NCBI RefSeq assembly: GCF_009914755.1
Contig: NC_060945.1
DNA: 64,000 bases
From: the human T2T-CHM13v2.0 reference genome, Homo sapiens
Strand: one strand, 5' to 3'
Shown: positions 14,891 through 28,770 of the stretch, one piece after another
How positions within the stretch are numbered: position 1 is the first letter of the stretch
Layout: the number at the start of each line of letters is the position of its first letter
The notes under the pieces: generated by a model
What the model was told of the DNA's origin: nothing
What the model saw: the letters and a program-made list of their open reading frames with translations, nothing else
The model's database searches: none
Translations under genes and position numbers: made by a program

Positions 14891-17800
14891 CAAGTCCATT
14901 CCAGTTTTTCCATTCCATTAGAATCCATTCCATTCCATTGCATTGCATTCCATTCCATTCCATTCCTTTCCATTCCATTCGGGTTCATTCTATTCCATTC
15001 ATTCGAGCCCATTGCATTCCACTCAAGTCCTTTCCATTCCATTCCATTCGCGTCCATTACATTTCATTCCATTCTATTCGAACCCATTCCATTCCATTCT
15101 ATTTGAGACCATCCATTCCATTCCATTGCATTCAATTTGTGTCCATTCCATTTGTGTCCATTCCATTGCATTCCATTCCATTCGTTTCCATTCCATTCTA
15201 TTCCGTTCGCATCCATTCAATTCCATTCCATTAAATTCGAGTACATTCCATTCCATTCCATTCCACCCGAGTTGATTCCATTCCATTCCATTCCATTTGC
15301 GTCCTTTCCATTCCATTCGACTTCATTCCATTCCATTCCATTCGAGTCCATTCCATTCCTTTGCACTCCATTCCATTCCATTCCATTCTACTCCATTCCA
15401 TTCCATTCTATTCCATTCCTTTCAATTCCATTCCATTCCATTCCATTCGTTTCTAGTCCGTTCAACTCCATTCCATTCCATTTGAGTCCATTCCATTCGA
15501 GTCCATTTCAATTGCATTCCAATCCATCTGTGTGTAATAAATTCCATTCCATTCGAGTCCGTTTCAATTGCGTTCCAGTCCATTTATGTGCAATCCATTC
15601 CATTCCATTCCATTCCTTTAGAGTACATTCCATTCAAATCAATTCCATTCCATTTGAGTGCATTCCATTCAATTCCATTCCATTCGAGTCCATTCCATTT
15701 TATTCCATTATATTCCATTCCATTCCATTCCTTTACATTCTTGTCCATTCCATTCCATGCCATTCTACTCCCCTTCATTCTATTACATTACATTCCTTTG
15801 GAGTCTATTCAATTCCATTCCATTCCACTCCAGTCCATTCCTCTCCACTCCTTTCGTGTCTATTCCATTCCTTTCCATTCCATTCGAGTCCATTCCATTC
15901 TCTTCCATTCGAGTCCATTCCATTCCATTCTATTCACGTCCTTTCCATTCCATTCCAATCCATTCCATTCGGGTCTATTTGATTCCATTCCAATCCAATC
16001 CATTCTGGTCCATTCAATTATATTCCATTCGAGTCCACTCCATTCCATTCCATTCCATTACATTATTTTCCAATCAATTTGATGCAATTAATTCCCATTT
16101 GAGCCCATTCCGTTACATTGGAGTCCATTTCATTACATTCCATTACATTCCTTTTGAGTCCATTCCGTTCCATTCAAGTCCATTCCATTTCGTTCCATCT
16201 CATTCCAATTCATTCCATTCCATTCCATTTCATTCCATTCCACTCCATTTGGTTCCATTCCTTTCCATTCCATTCGAGTCCATTCCATTCCATTCGAGTC
16301 CATTCCAATACATTACGTTCGAGTCCATTCCATTCAATTCCATTCCTTTCTATTCCATTCCATTCCTTTCGAGACCATTCCATTCCATTCTATTGCATTC
16401 GCGTCCAACCAATTCTATTCCATTCCATTGCAGTCCAATCGGGTCCATTCCATTCCGTTCCATACTAATACGCTCCACTGCATTCAACTTCATTCCAGTC
16501 CCTTCCATTCCATTCCATTTCACTCGAGTCTGTTTGATTCCATTCCATTCCATTCGAGTCCATTCCATTCAACTCCTTTACATTCAATTCTTTTCCATTC
16601 CCTTCTATTCCATTTGATTCCATTCCATTTCATTCCATTCGTGTGTATACCATTCCATTCCATTCCATTTGGGTCCGTTCCATTCTATTTCATTTGGGTC
16701 CATTCCACTACATTGCATTTCTTTCCATTCCACTCCATTCCATTGCATCCACTCAAGTCGATTCCATTCCATTCAATTCCATTCCAGTCCATTCCATTAC
16801 ATTTGAGTACATTCCATTCCATTCCATTCGAGTCCATTCTATTTCACTAAATTTCTTTCAAGTGCATTCAAGTGCATTCCATTCGAGTCCATTCCATTCC
16901 ATACCATTCTTTTCCATTCCTTTCCATTGTATTCCATTCCATTCCATTCCATTCGGGTCAATTCAATTCCATTCATTTCGAGTCCATTCCATTCAATTCC
17001 ATTACATTCAAGTCCCTTTCATTCCATTCCCTTCAGTTCCATTCCATTCCATTAAATTCCTCTCCATTCCATTCCATTGCATTCCTTTCGTGTCCATTCC
17101 ATTCCATTCCATTCTTTTCCATTCACGTGCATTCCATTCCATACCAATCCTTTCCATTCCATTGCATTCTATTCCATTCCATTCCATTCGTGTCCATTCC
17201 ATTCCATTCCTTTCTAGTCCATTCTATTCCATTCCTTTCTAGAACATTCAATTCAATTCCATTCCATTCAAGTTTATTCCATTCGATTCGTTTCCATTTA
17301 ATTCCATTCCATTCCATACGTTTTGAGTCCATTCCATTCCATTCAAGTCCATTCCATTCCCTTACATCTCATTCCATTCCATTCCATTCCGTTCCATTCC
17401 ATTCCATTCCATTCCAATCAATTCGGGTCCATTCCTTTCTATTCCATTCGAGTCCATTCCATTGAATTCCAGTCCATTCCATTCCAATCCATTCCATTCC
17501 ATTTCATTCGAGTCCCTTCCATTCCATTCCATTCTATTGCATTCGAGTCCATTCCATTCCTTTCCATTCTATTCGAGTCCATTCCATTCCTTTCCATTCC
17601 ATTCGAGTCCATTCGATTCAATTCCATTCCATTCCATTCAAATAAGGTCCATTCCATTCCATTCAATTCCATTCTAGTATACTCCACTGCATTCAATTTC
17701 ATTCCAGTCCATTCCAATCCTTTGCATTCGACTCTAATCAGTTCGATTCCATTCCATTCAATTCGAGTCAATTCCATTCAATTCCATTCCATTTGATTCC

Positions 17801-20800
17801 TTTCTATTCCTTTCTATTCCATTCGAGTCCATTCCATTACATTCAATTCATGCCCATTCCATTCCTTTCCATTCCATTCGTGTGTTTTCCTTTCCACACC
17901 ATTCTATTGAAGTCCATTACATTCCATTGTATTACATTCTAATCCATTCCCTTCCATTCCATTCCATTCGGGTCCATTGATTTCAACTCCATTCAGGTCA
18001 ATTCCATTCCATTCCATTCGAATCCATTCCATTCCACACCATTCCAATACATTCCATTCACTTGCATTCGAGTCCACTCCATTCCATTCCACTCCATTCC
18101 ATTCCACTCCATTCCATTCCATTCCGTTACATTGCAGTACATTCAATTCCATTCGAATCCATTGCATTCCAATCTATTCGTGGCATTCCATTCCAATGCA
18201 TTCCATTCCTTTTGAGTCCATTCCATTCAAATCCATTCCATTCCATTTGAGTCCATTCCATTCGATTCCACACCATGCGAGTCCATTCCATTCCATTCCA
18301 TTCCATTCCATTCCATTCCATTCCATTCCATTCCTTTCCGTTCCATTATATTCCATTCCATTCCTTTACATTACATTCTTCTCCATTCCATTCCATTCCA
18401 TTGCATTCGACTCCACTGCATTTCATTTCATTCCATTCCACTGGAGTCCATTCAATTCCATTCCATTCCACTCCAGTCCATTCCAGTCCCCTCCATTCAG
18501 GTCCATTCCATTCCTCTCCATTCCCTTCGAGTCCATTCAATTCTCTTCCTTTCGAGTCCATTACATTCCACTCCATTCGAGTCCATTCCATTACAATACA
18601 TTCCATTCGAGTCCATTCAGTTCCATTCATTTCGAGTCCATTCCATTCCATTACATTCTATTCCATTCAAGTCCATTCCATTCCATTCCATAATATTCCT
18701 TTCCATTCCATTCCATTCCATTCAGGTCCATTCAATTCCATTCCTTTCCGGTCCACTCCGTTTCATTCCATTCCATTCCATTCCATTCCATTCCATTCCA
18801 TTCCATTCCATTCCATTCCATTCCATTCAATTGCTTTCCTTTCGAGTCCATTCCTTTCCATTCCATTCTGTTCCATTCAAGTCCTTTTGATTCCATACGT
18901 TTCCGTTCCATTCCATTCCATTCCATTCGTGTCCATTCCATTCGAGTCCTTTAAATTCCATTACATTCAATTCCAATGAATTCCAGTTCATTCTATTCAA
19001 GTCCATTACCTTCCATTCTATTCGATTCCATTCCATTCCAATCCAATCCATTCCATTCGGGTCTATTCCATTCCATTCCAATCCATTCCTTTCAGGTCCA
19101 TTCAATTCCATTCCATTCGAGTCCATTCGATTCCATTCCATTCCATTTAATTACATTCCTTTCTCGTCCATTCCATTCAATTAAATTCAATTCAAGCCCA
19201 TTCCATTACATTCGAGTTCCATTTTATTACATTCCATTCCATTCCTTTTGAGACCATTCCGTTCCATTCAAGTCCATTCCATTCCGTTTCATCTCATTCC
19301 ATTCCATTCCATTCCATTCCATTCCATTCCATTCGGTTCCATTCCTTTCCATTCCATTAGAGTCCATTCCATTCCATTCGAGTGCATTCCAATACATTCC
19401 GTTCGAGCCAATTCCATTCAATTCCATTCGATTCGATTCCATTCCATTCCTTTCGAGTCCATTCCATTTCATTCCCTTCCATTCCATTCCATTCCACTCT
19501 AGTCTGTTCGATGCCATTCCATTCCATTCAACTCCATTCCATTCAATTCCTGTCCATTCGATTCTTTTGCCTTCCCTTCTATTCCATTCGATTCCATTCC
19601 ATTCCATTACATTCCAGTCCATTCCATTACATTCGAGTACATTCCATTCCATTCCATTCCATTCTATTCCAATAAATTCCTTTCGAGAGCATTCAATTTA
19701 GATGCATTCCATTCGAGTCCATTCCATTCTATTCCATTCGACTCCATTCTATTCCATACCATTCCGCTTCGTTCCTTTCCATTCCATTCCATTCCATTCC
19801 TTTCTATTCCATTCCATTGTATTCGGGTCCATTCAATTAAATTCCTTTCGAGTCCATTTCATTCAATGCCATTCCATTCAAGTCCTTTATATTCCACACC
19901 TGTCTGTTCCGTTCCATTCTATTACGTTCCATTCCGTTCCATTCCATTCCATTCTATTGATTTCGAGTTCAATCCATTCCATTCCTTTCTGTTCCATTCA
20001 TGTCCATTCCATTCCATTCAATTCCGTTCCTTTCCATTCCATTCCATGCTTTTCCATTCCTTTTGTGTTCATTCCATTCCATTCCATTCGAGCCCATTAC
20101 ATTCCTTTCCTAACCATTTGATTCCAGTCCATTCAATTCCATTTGATTCGAGTCCATTTCTTTCAATTTTATTAGATTCCTTTCCATTCCAATCCAATCC
20201 ATTCCATTCGGGTCCATTCCATTCCATGCTAATCCTTTAGGTTCCAGTTCTTTCCATTCCATTTTATTCAGTTCCATTCCATTCCATTCCATTCTATTTG
20301 AGTCCATTCCATTCCATTCCAATAAATTCCATTCAGGTCAATTCCATACCATTCCAGTCTACTCCATTCGGGTCTTTTCAATTTCATTCCTTTCTAGTCC
20401 AATCCATTCCATTCCATTCCATTCCATTCCATTCAATTCCATTCCATTCCATTCTGTTCCGTTCCGTTCCATTCCATTCCATTCCATTCCATTTAATTCA
20501 TATCTAGTCCATTCGATTCTATTCCATTCCATTTGAGTCCATTCCATTCCATTCGAGTCCACTTAATGCCATTCCATTCCATTCCATTCCATTCCTTTTG
20601 AGTCCATTCCATTCCCTTCCTTTAAATTCCATTCCATTCCATTCCATTCCATTCCATTCCATTCCATTCGGGTCCATTCCTTTCCATCCTATTCGATCCA
20701 TTCCATTCCATTCGAGTCCATTCTATTATATTCTGTTCCAGTCAGGTTCATTAAATTCCATTCCATTCGATGCCAATCCATTCCATTGCAGTCCATTCTA

Positions 20801-23800
20801 TTCCACTCGAGTCCTATCTGTTCAATTCCATTCCATTCCAGTCCATTCTATTCAATTTTATTAAATTCGATTCGATTCGATTCCATTCCATTCCATTCCA
20901 TTCCATTCCATTAGGGTCCCTTCCATTCCATGTCATTTAGGTCCATTCCACTACATTCCATTTCTTTCGAGTCCATTTCATTTCATTCCATTCCACTTGA
21001 GTCGCTTCCATTCCATTCCATTCCATTGCATTCCACTCGATTCCATTCCATTACATTCCTTTCTATTGGAGTCCAATCCATTCTATTCCATTCCTTTCGC
21101 GTCCATTCCCTTCTGTTCCATTTCATTCGAAGCCATTCCATTCCCTTACATTCACGTCCATTCCATTGCATTCCATTCCATTCCTTTCGAGACCATTCCA
21201 TTCTATTCCATTCCATTAAATTCCATTCAAATCCACTCCATTAAAGTCCATTTCATTCCACTCCATTCCATTAGAGTCCGTTACATTCTATTCCACTCGA
21301 GTCCATTCTATTCCAAAACAATGAAGTCCATTCCATTCCATGCATTTCCATTCCATTCCATTCGAGTACATTCAATTCCATCCCTTTCGAGTCCATTCTA
21401 TTCCATTATATTCCATTCCATTCGAGTCAATTCCCTTCCATACCATTCCGTTCCATTCCATTCCACTCCATTCCACTCCATTCCATTCCATTCCAATCCT
21501 TTCCATTCCATTCCATTCCAATCCATTCCATTCCATTAGAGTCCATTCCATTTCATTCCATTCGCGTCCATTCCATTGCATTCCATTTTATTCCTTTCGA
21601 AACCATTCCATTCCATTCCGTTGGATTCCATTCCATTCCATTCCATTCCATTCGATTTCCCTCCATTCCATTCTATTCCAAATGAGTCCATTCCATTCTA
21701 TTCCATTCGAGTCCATTAAATCCTATCCCATTAGATTCCATTTCATTAGTGTCCATTCAATTATATTCCATTTAATTCCATTCGAGTCCATTAAATTCCA
21801 TTCCATTCCATTCCATTCCATTCCATTCCCTTTGAGTCCATTCTATTCCAGTCCATTCCATTCCGGTCCATTTTCCCATTCCTTTCCATTCCATTCCATT
21901 CTGATCCCTTGAATTCCATTCCATTGGAGTCCATTCCATTCCATTCGAGTTCATTCAATGACATTCCATTCGAGTTCATTCCATTCCGTTTGAGTCCTTT
22001 CCATCACATTCCATTTGAGTTCATTTCATTCCACTCCATTCCGTTCGATTCCATTCCATTCTTTTCCATTCGAGTCCATTCCATTCGATTCCATTCAAGT
22101 CCATTCCATTCCATTCTATTCCTTTTGAGTCCATACCATTCCATTCTTTTCGAGTCTATTCCATTCCAACCCATTCCATTCGAGGCCATTCCATTCCATT
22201 CCAGTCCTTTTGAGTCCATTCCAATCCATTCCATTTGACTCTATTCCACTCATTTCTATTCCATTTATGTCCATTCCATTCCATTTCATTCGAGTCTATT
22301 CCATTGCATTTCATTCCATTCAAGTCCATTCCATTACATTCCTTTTGAGTCCATCTCATTGCATTGCATTCCATTTCTTTCGAGTTCATTCAATTCCATT
22401 TCATTGCATTCCATTCCATTCGTGTCCATTCCATTCTATTCCTTTTGATTCCGTTCCATTCCATTCCATTAGAGTCCCTTCCCTTAAATTCAGTTGAATT
22501 CCATTACAGTCCATTCCATTTCACTCCTTTTGAGTCCATTCCATTCCATTCGAGACTATTCAATTCCATTCCTTTCGAGTCCATTGCATTCCATTCTATT
22601 TCATTCAATTCTATTTCTTTCCATACCATTCCGTTCAATTGCTTTCCATTCCGTTCAATTCTTTTCCACTCCATTCCATTCCATTTCATTTGTATCCATT
22701 CCGTTCCATTCCATTCCATTCCATTCCATTCCATTCTGTTCGATTCCAGTTTATTCCATTCCATTCTATTCGAGTACAATCCATTCCATTCTATTAGACT
22801 CCATTTCATTCCATTCCAATCCATTCTGTTCGGGTCCACACCATTCCATTCAATTCGAGTCCATTCCATTCCATGCCATTCCATTCCATTTCATTCCATT
22901 AGTATCCATTTCATTCCATTCCATTCCATTCCATTCGATACCATTCTATTCCTCTACATTCCATTCCATTCTACTCCATTCAATTCCATTCCATTACATT
23001 CAAGTCCATTCAATTCCATTCGAGTCCATTTCTTAACGTTCCATTCCATTCCTTTTGAGTCCTTTCCATTCCATTCAAGTCTATTCCATTCCGTTTTATA
23101 TAATTCCATTCCATTGCATTCCATTTCATTCCATTGCATTCCATTCCATTCTTTTGCATTCAATTTCATTCGGGTCCATTCCATTCCATAGCATTCGATT
23201 CCATTCCATTCGATTCCATTCCATTCCTCTCCATTCCATTCGAGTCCGTTGCACTCTTTTCCATTCTATTCCATTGTATTTAAATACATTCAAGTGCATT
23301 CCATTCCATTCCATGCCTGTCCTTTCCATTCCATTCGAATAAATTCACTTCCATTCCTTTCAAGTCCATTTGATTCCATTCCATTCTATGCCATTTAAGT
23401 CCATTCGATTCCATACAATTCTTTTCCATTCCATTCCACTCCATTCCATTCGATTCCATTCCATTCCATTCCATTCCACTCCACTCCCTTCCATTCCATT
23501 CCTTTCCCTTCCATTCCATTCCATTCCATTCAATTCCTTTCAATTGATGTCCATTACATTCCAATCCATTCGTGTGCTCTCCATTCCATTCCATTCCATT
23601 CGAGTCCGATCCATTCCAATCTATTCCATTCCATTTGAGTCCATTCCATTGAAATCAATTCCATTCAAGTCCATTCCATTCCATTCCATTCGTGTCCATT
23701 CCGTTCCATTCCATTCGAGTCCATTCCATTCTCTTCCATTCCACTCGATTCCAGTCTATTCCATTCCATTCTATTCCAGTCTATTCCATTCAATTATATT

Positions 23801-26800
23801 CAAGTTGAATCCATTCCAAACCATTGGATTCCATTCCATTCTGTTCCATTCCATTCGATTCCAGTCTATTCCTTTCCATTCTGTTCCAGTCTATTCCATT
23901 CCATTCTATTCAAGTCAAATCCATTTCATTCTATTTGAATCCATTCTATTCCATTCCAACGCATTCCATTCGGTTCCATTCCATTCCATTCAAATCGATT
24001 CCATTCCATTCCATTCCATTCCATTCCATTCCATTCCATTCCATTCCTTTCTAGTCCATTCAATTCCATACCATTTCTCTCGATTCCATTCCATTTCATT
24101 CGAGTCCATTTCTTAACGTTCCATTCCATTCAATTTATGTACTTTCCATTCCATTCAAGTCCATTCCATTCCATTGCATTCCATTCCATTCGGGTCCATT
24201 CCATTCCATTGCATTTAATTCCATTCCATTCCATTCAGATCCATTCCTTTCCATTAGAGTCCATTCCATTCCTTTCCATTCCATTCCATTCCATTCGAGT
24301 CCTTTCCATTCCATTCCAGTCCATTGCATTCGGGTCCATTCCAATCCATTCCATTCTATTGCATTCCACTGTATTGAATTTCATTCCAGTCCTTTCCATT
24401 CCACTCGAGTCCTATCCATTCCATTCCATTCCATTAGAGTCCATTCTATTCAATTCCAATCCATTGGTTTTCATTCCATTCCGTTAGCGTCCATTCTATT
24501 CAATTCCATTCCATTCGTTTTCTTTCCATTCCATTCCGTTCCATTCCATTCCATTCCATTCGAATCCATTCCATTGTATTCCATCAATTCCATTCAATTC
24601 CAGTCCATTCGGGTCCCTTCCTTTCTATTTCATTTGGGTACATTCCATTGCATTCCTTTTCTTTCGAGTCCATTCCTTTCCATTCCATTCCATTCATGTC
24701 GATTCCCTTCCATTCCATTCCATTCGAGTACATTCCATTCCATTCGAATACATTCCTTTCCATTCCATTCCATTGGAGTCCATTCCATTCTATTCCATTC
24801 CATTTGAGTCCATTCCATTCCATTCCATTTCATTCGATTCCATTCCATTCCATTCCATTCGAGTCCATTCCATTCCAGTCCATTCTCGTGCATTCCATTG
24901 AATTCCATTCCACTCCTTTCAAGACCATGCCATTCCTTTCGAGTCTGTTCCATTCCATTCCATTCGAGTACATTCCATTCCATTCCATTCCAATCGAATC
25001 CATTCCATTCTATTCCATATGAGTCCATTCCATTCCATAACATTAGATTCAATTCCATTAGTTTCCATTCATTTGTATTCCATTCCATTCAAGTCCACGC
25101 CATTTCATTCAATTCCATTTCCTTCGAGCCAATGCCATTGCATTCCATTCCATTCCATTCCCTTCCCTTCCATTCCATTCCATTCCATTCTATTCCACTT
25201 CATTCCCTTCCATTGCATTTCATTCCATTCCATTACAATCCATTCCGGTCCATTCCTTTCCATTCGAGTCCATTCGATTACATTACATTCCAGTCCATTC
25301 CATTCCATTCGAGTCCATTCCATTAAATTCCATTCGAGTTCATTTCTTTCCACTCCATTCCATTGGATTCCATTCCATTCCGGTCCATTCCAATTCATTC
25401 CATTCCATTCCATTCTGTTCCATTCGAGGCCATTCCATTCCATTCGAGTCCATTCCAATCCATTCCATTCGAGTCCATTCCATTCCAGTCTATTCCATTT
25501 GAGTCCATTCCATTCCATTCTTTTCGATTCCATTCCATTCCAACCAATTTCATTCGTGTCCATTCCATTCCATTTCATTCGAATCAATTCCATTCCATTC
25601 CGTTCCATTGGAGTCCATTCCATTCCATTCCATTCGAATCCGTTCCATTCCATTCCTTTCGGTTCCATTCCATTCAGTTCAATTCCAGTCCATTCCATTC
25701 CATTTGGGTGCATTCCAATCCATTGCATTCCATTCCATTCCATTCGAGTCCATTTCATTCAATTCCATTCCGTTCCAGTCATTTCGATTGCATTCAATTC
25801 CATTTCATTTCACTCTGTTAGTGTCCACTCCATTCAATTCCATAAGAGTCCTTTGCATTCCATTCTATTCCATTTGAGTTCAATACATTCCATTCCATTC
25901 GAGTCCATTACATTCCAACCCATTTCATTTGAGTCCACTCCTTTCCATTCCATTCGAATCCATTCCATTCTGTTCCATTCCATTGGAGTCCTTTCCATTC
26001 CATTCCATTTGAGTATATTCCATTACATTCCATGCCATTTGTGTCCACTCCATTCAAGTCCATTTGAGTCAATTCCATTCCTTTCCTCTTGAGTCCATCC
26101 CATTGCATTCCATTCCATATAGTTCGAGTCCATTCAATTCCATTCCGTTCCATTCCAGTCCATTCCATTCCTTTCCCTTCGAGTCCATCTAATTGAATTC
26201 CATTCCATTGGAATCCATTCCGTTCTCTTCCTTTCGAGTCCGTTCCTTTCCATTCCATTAGAGTCCCTTCCCTTAAATTCAATTGAATTCCTTTCGAGTC
26301 CATTCCACCCCATTCCATTCTTATCCATTCCATTCCATTCGACCCTATTCACTTCCCTTCCTTTCAAGTCCATTCCATTCCATTCTATTTCATTCAAGTC
26401 CATTCCTTTCCATTCCATTCCATTCCGTTCATTTCCATTCCATTTGATTCCATTCCATTCCATTCATGTCCACTCCGTTCCATTCCTTTTGAGTCCAATA
26501 CATTCCATTCCATTCCGTTTGATTCCAGTCTATTCCATTCCTTTCTATTCGAGTCAAATCCACTCCATTCTATTTGAGTTTACTCCATTCCATTCCAATC
26601 CATTCCATGCGGGTCCATTCCATTCCATTCAATTCCAGTCCACTCAATTCTATTCCATTCCATTCCATTCCATTCCATTCCATTCCATTCCATTCAGGTC
26701 ACTTCCATTCTATTTCATTTGGATCCATTCCATTACATACCATTTCTTTAAAGGCCATTCCAATCCATTCCATTCCACTCGGGTCTATTCCATTCCATTC

Positions 26801-28540
26801 CATTCAGTTTGAGGCCATTCCATTCCTTTCCATTCCATTCGAGTCCATTCCATTCCATTCCATTCCATTCCATCCCATTCCATTCCATTCCATTCCATTC
26901 ATTTCGAGTGCATTCAATTCAGCTGCATTTCATTCGAATCTATTCCATTCCATTCCATTCTATTCCATTGGCGTCCATTAAATTCCATTCCCTTCCATTA
27001 GTGTCCATTCCATTACAATCCATTCGAATCCATTCCATTCCATTCCATTCCTTTCGAGTCCATTCCATTCCATTCCATGTTATTCTGTTCCGTTCTGTTC
27101 CATTTCATTCCATTCCATTCTATTTGTGTCCATTCCATTCCATTCCATTACAGTCCATTCCATTCCATTCTATTCGAGTCCATTCCATTCATTTCTATTC
27201 GAGTCCATTACACTCCGTTACAAGCCATTCCATTTGGATCAATAGCATTCCATTCTATTGGAGTACATTCCATTCCATTCCATTGAATTTCATTCCATTC
27301 CATTCTTTTCTAGTCCATTCGTTTCCATTCCATTCCATTCGGGTCCATTCCATTCCATTCAATTCCATTCCATTCCATTCCATTCCATTCCATTCCATTC
27401 GGGTTCCATCCATTCTATTTCATTTGTATCCTTTCCACTACATACCATTTCTTTCAAGGCCATTCCAATCCATTCCATTCCACTCAATTCAATTCCATTC
27501 CATTCCATTTGAGTCCATTCCATTCATTCCCATTCCATTCCATTCCATTCCATTCCATTCCATTCCATTCCACTCCATTCCATTCCACTCAATTCCATTC
27601 CATTCCACTCCACTCTACTCCCCTCTACTCGACTCTAATCCACCACATCCATTCCATTCCTTTTCATTCCACTGGATTCCATTCCATTCCACTCCACTCA
27701 ACTCCATTCCAATCCACTGCACTCCACTCCTTTCCATCCATTTCTAGTGCACTCTGACCGACTCCAAACAACTCCACTCCACTCCACTCTATTCTCTTCC
27801 ACTCCGTTACATTATGTTCCGTTCCATTCCACTCCATTCCATTCCAATCCTCTCCATTCTATTCCATTCCAATGCTCTCCATTCCACTCCACTCCTTTTC
27901 ACTCCATTCCACTCCATTACACTCCATTCCACTCCATTCCATGCCATTCCACTCTTTTCCATTCCTGCCCACTCATTCGACCCAACTCCACTCCACTCCT
28001 TTTCATTCCATTCCACTCCATTCCACTCCACTCATTTCAATTCCTCCCCACTCCATTCCATTCTATTCCACACCACTCCACTCTACTTCATCGCATTTCA
28101 TTCAATTCAATTTAATGCTATTCGATTCCATTCTGTTCGATTCCATTCCATTCAAATTCATTACATTCGAGTCCAATCCGTTTTAGTCCATTCCATTCCT
28201 GTCTATTCCATTTGAGAACCCATTCCATTCCATTCCACTCCACTCCCTTCCGTTTCTCTCCACTCCATTCCATTCCACTCCATTACACTTCACTCCACTT
28301 CACGGCATTCCATTCGATTCCATTCGTTGCCATTCGATTCCATTCCATTCGATTGCATTCCTATTGATTCCAGTACATTTGATTCATTTCCGTTCGATTC
28401 CATTCGATTCAATTACATAAAATTCTGTTTCATTCCATTCAAATCCATTCCTTTCCATTCCATTCCATTGCGTTCAATTCCATTCCATTGCATTCCATTC
28501 CATTCGATTCCATTCCATTCCACTCCATTCCATTCCATTC

Positions 28541-28770
28541 CATCACATTCCATTCGATTCCATTCCATTCGAGTGCATTACTTTCCAGTCAGTTGCATTC
28601 AATTCCATTTGATTCGATTCCATTCCATTCCATCTCATTCCATTCGATTCCATTCCATTCCAGTCAGTTGCATTCGAATCCATTTGATTCGATCCCATTC
28701 CATTCCATCTCATTCCATTCGATTCCATTCCATTCCAGTGCATTACATTCCAGTCAGTTGCATTGGATTC
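28541..28770 (+). repeat. Tandem triplication (75/90-bp spacing)
   Basis: CAGTCAGTTGCATT at 28586, 28661 and 28751, with repeated CATCTCATTCCATTCGATTCC between copies. Confidence 0.85.

Larger units (their letters stand above)
1..27600 (+). repeat. Satellite domain A: CATTC with frequent TTCGAGTCC/TTTGAGTCC/TTCAAGTCC variant units, CACTC-poor
   Basis: CATTCGAGTCCATTC and its deaminated forms recur every few tens of bp. Long CACTC runs are absent. Confidence 0.85.
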
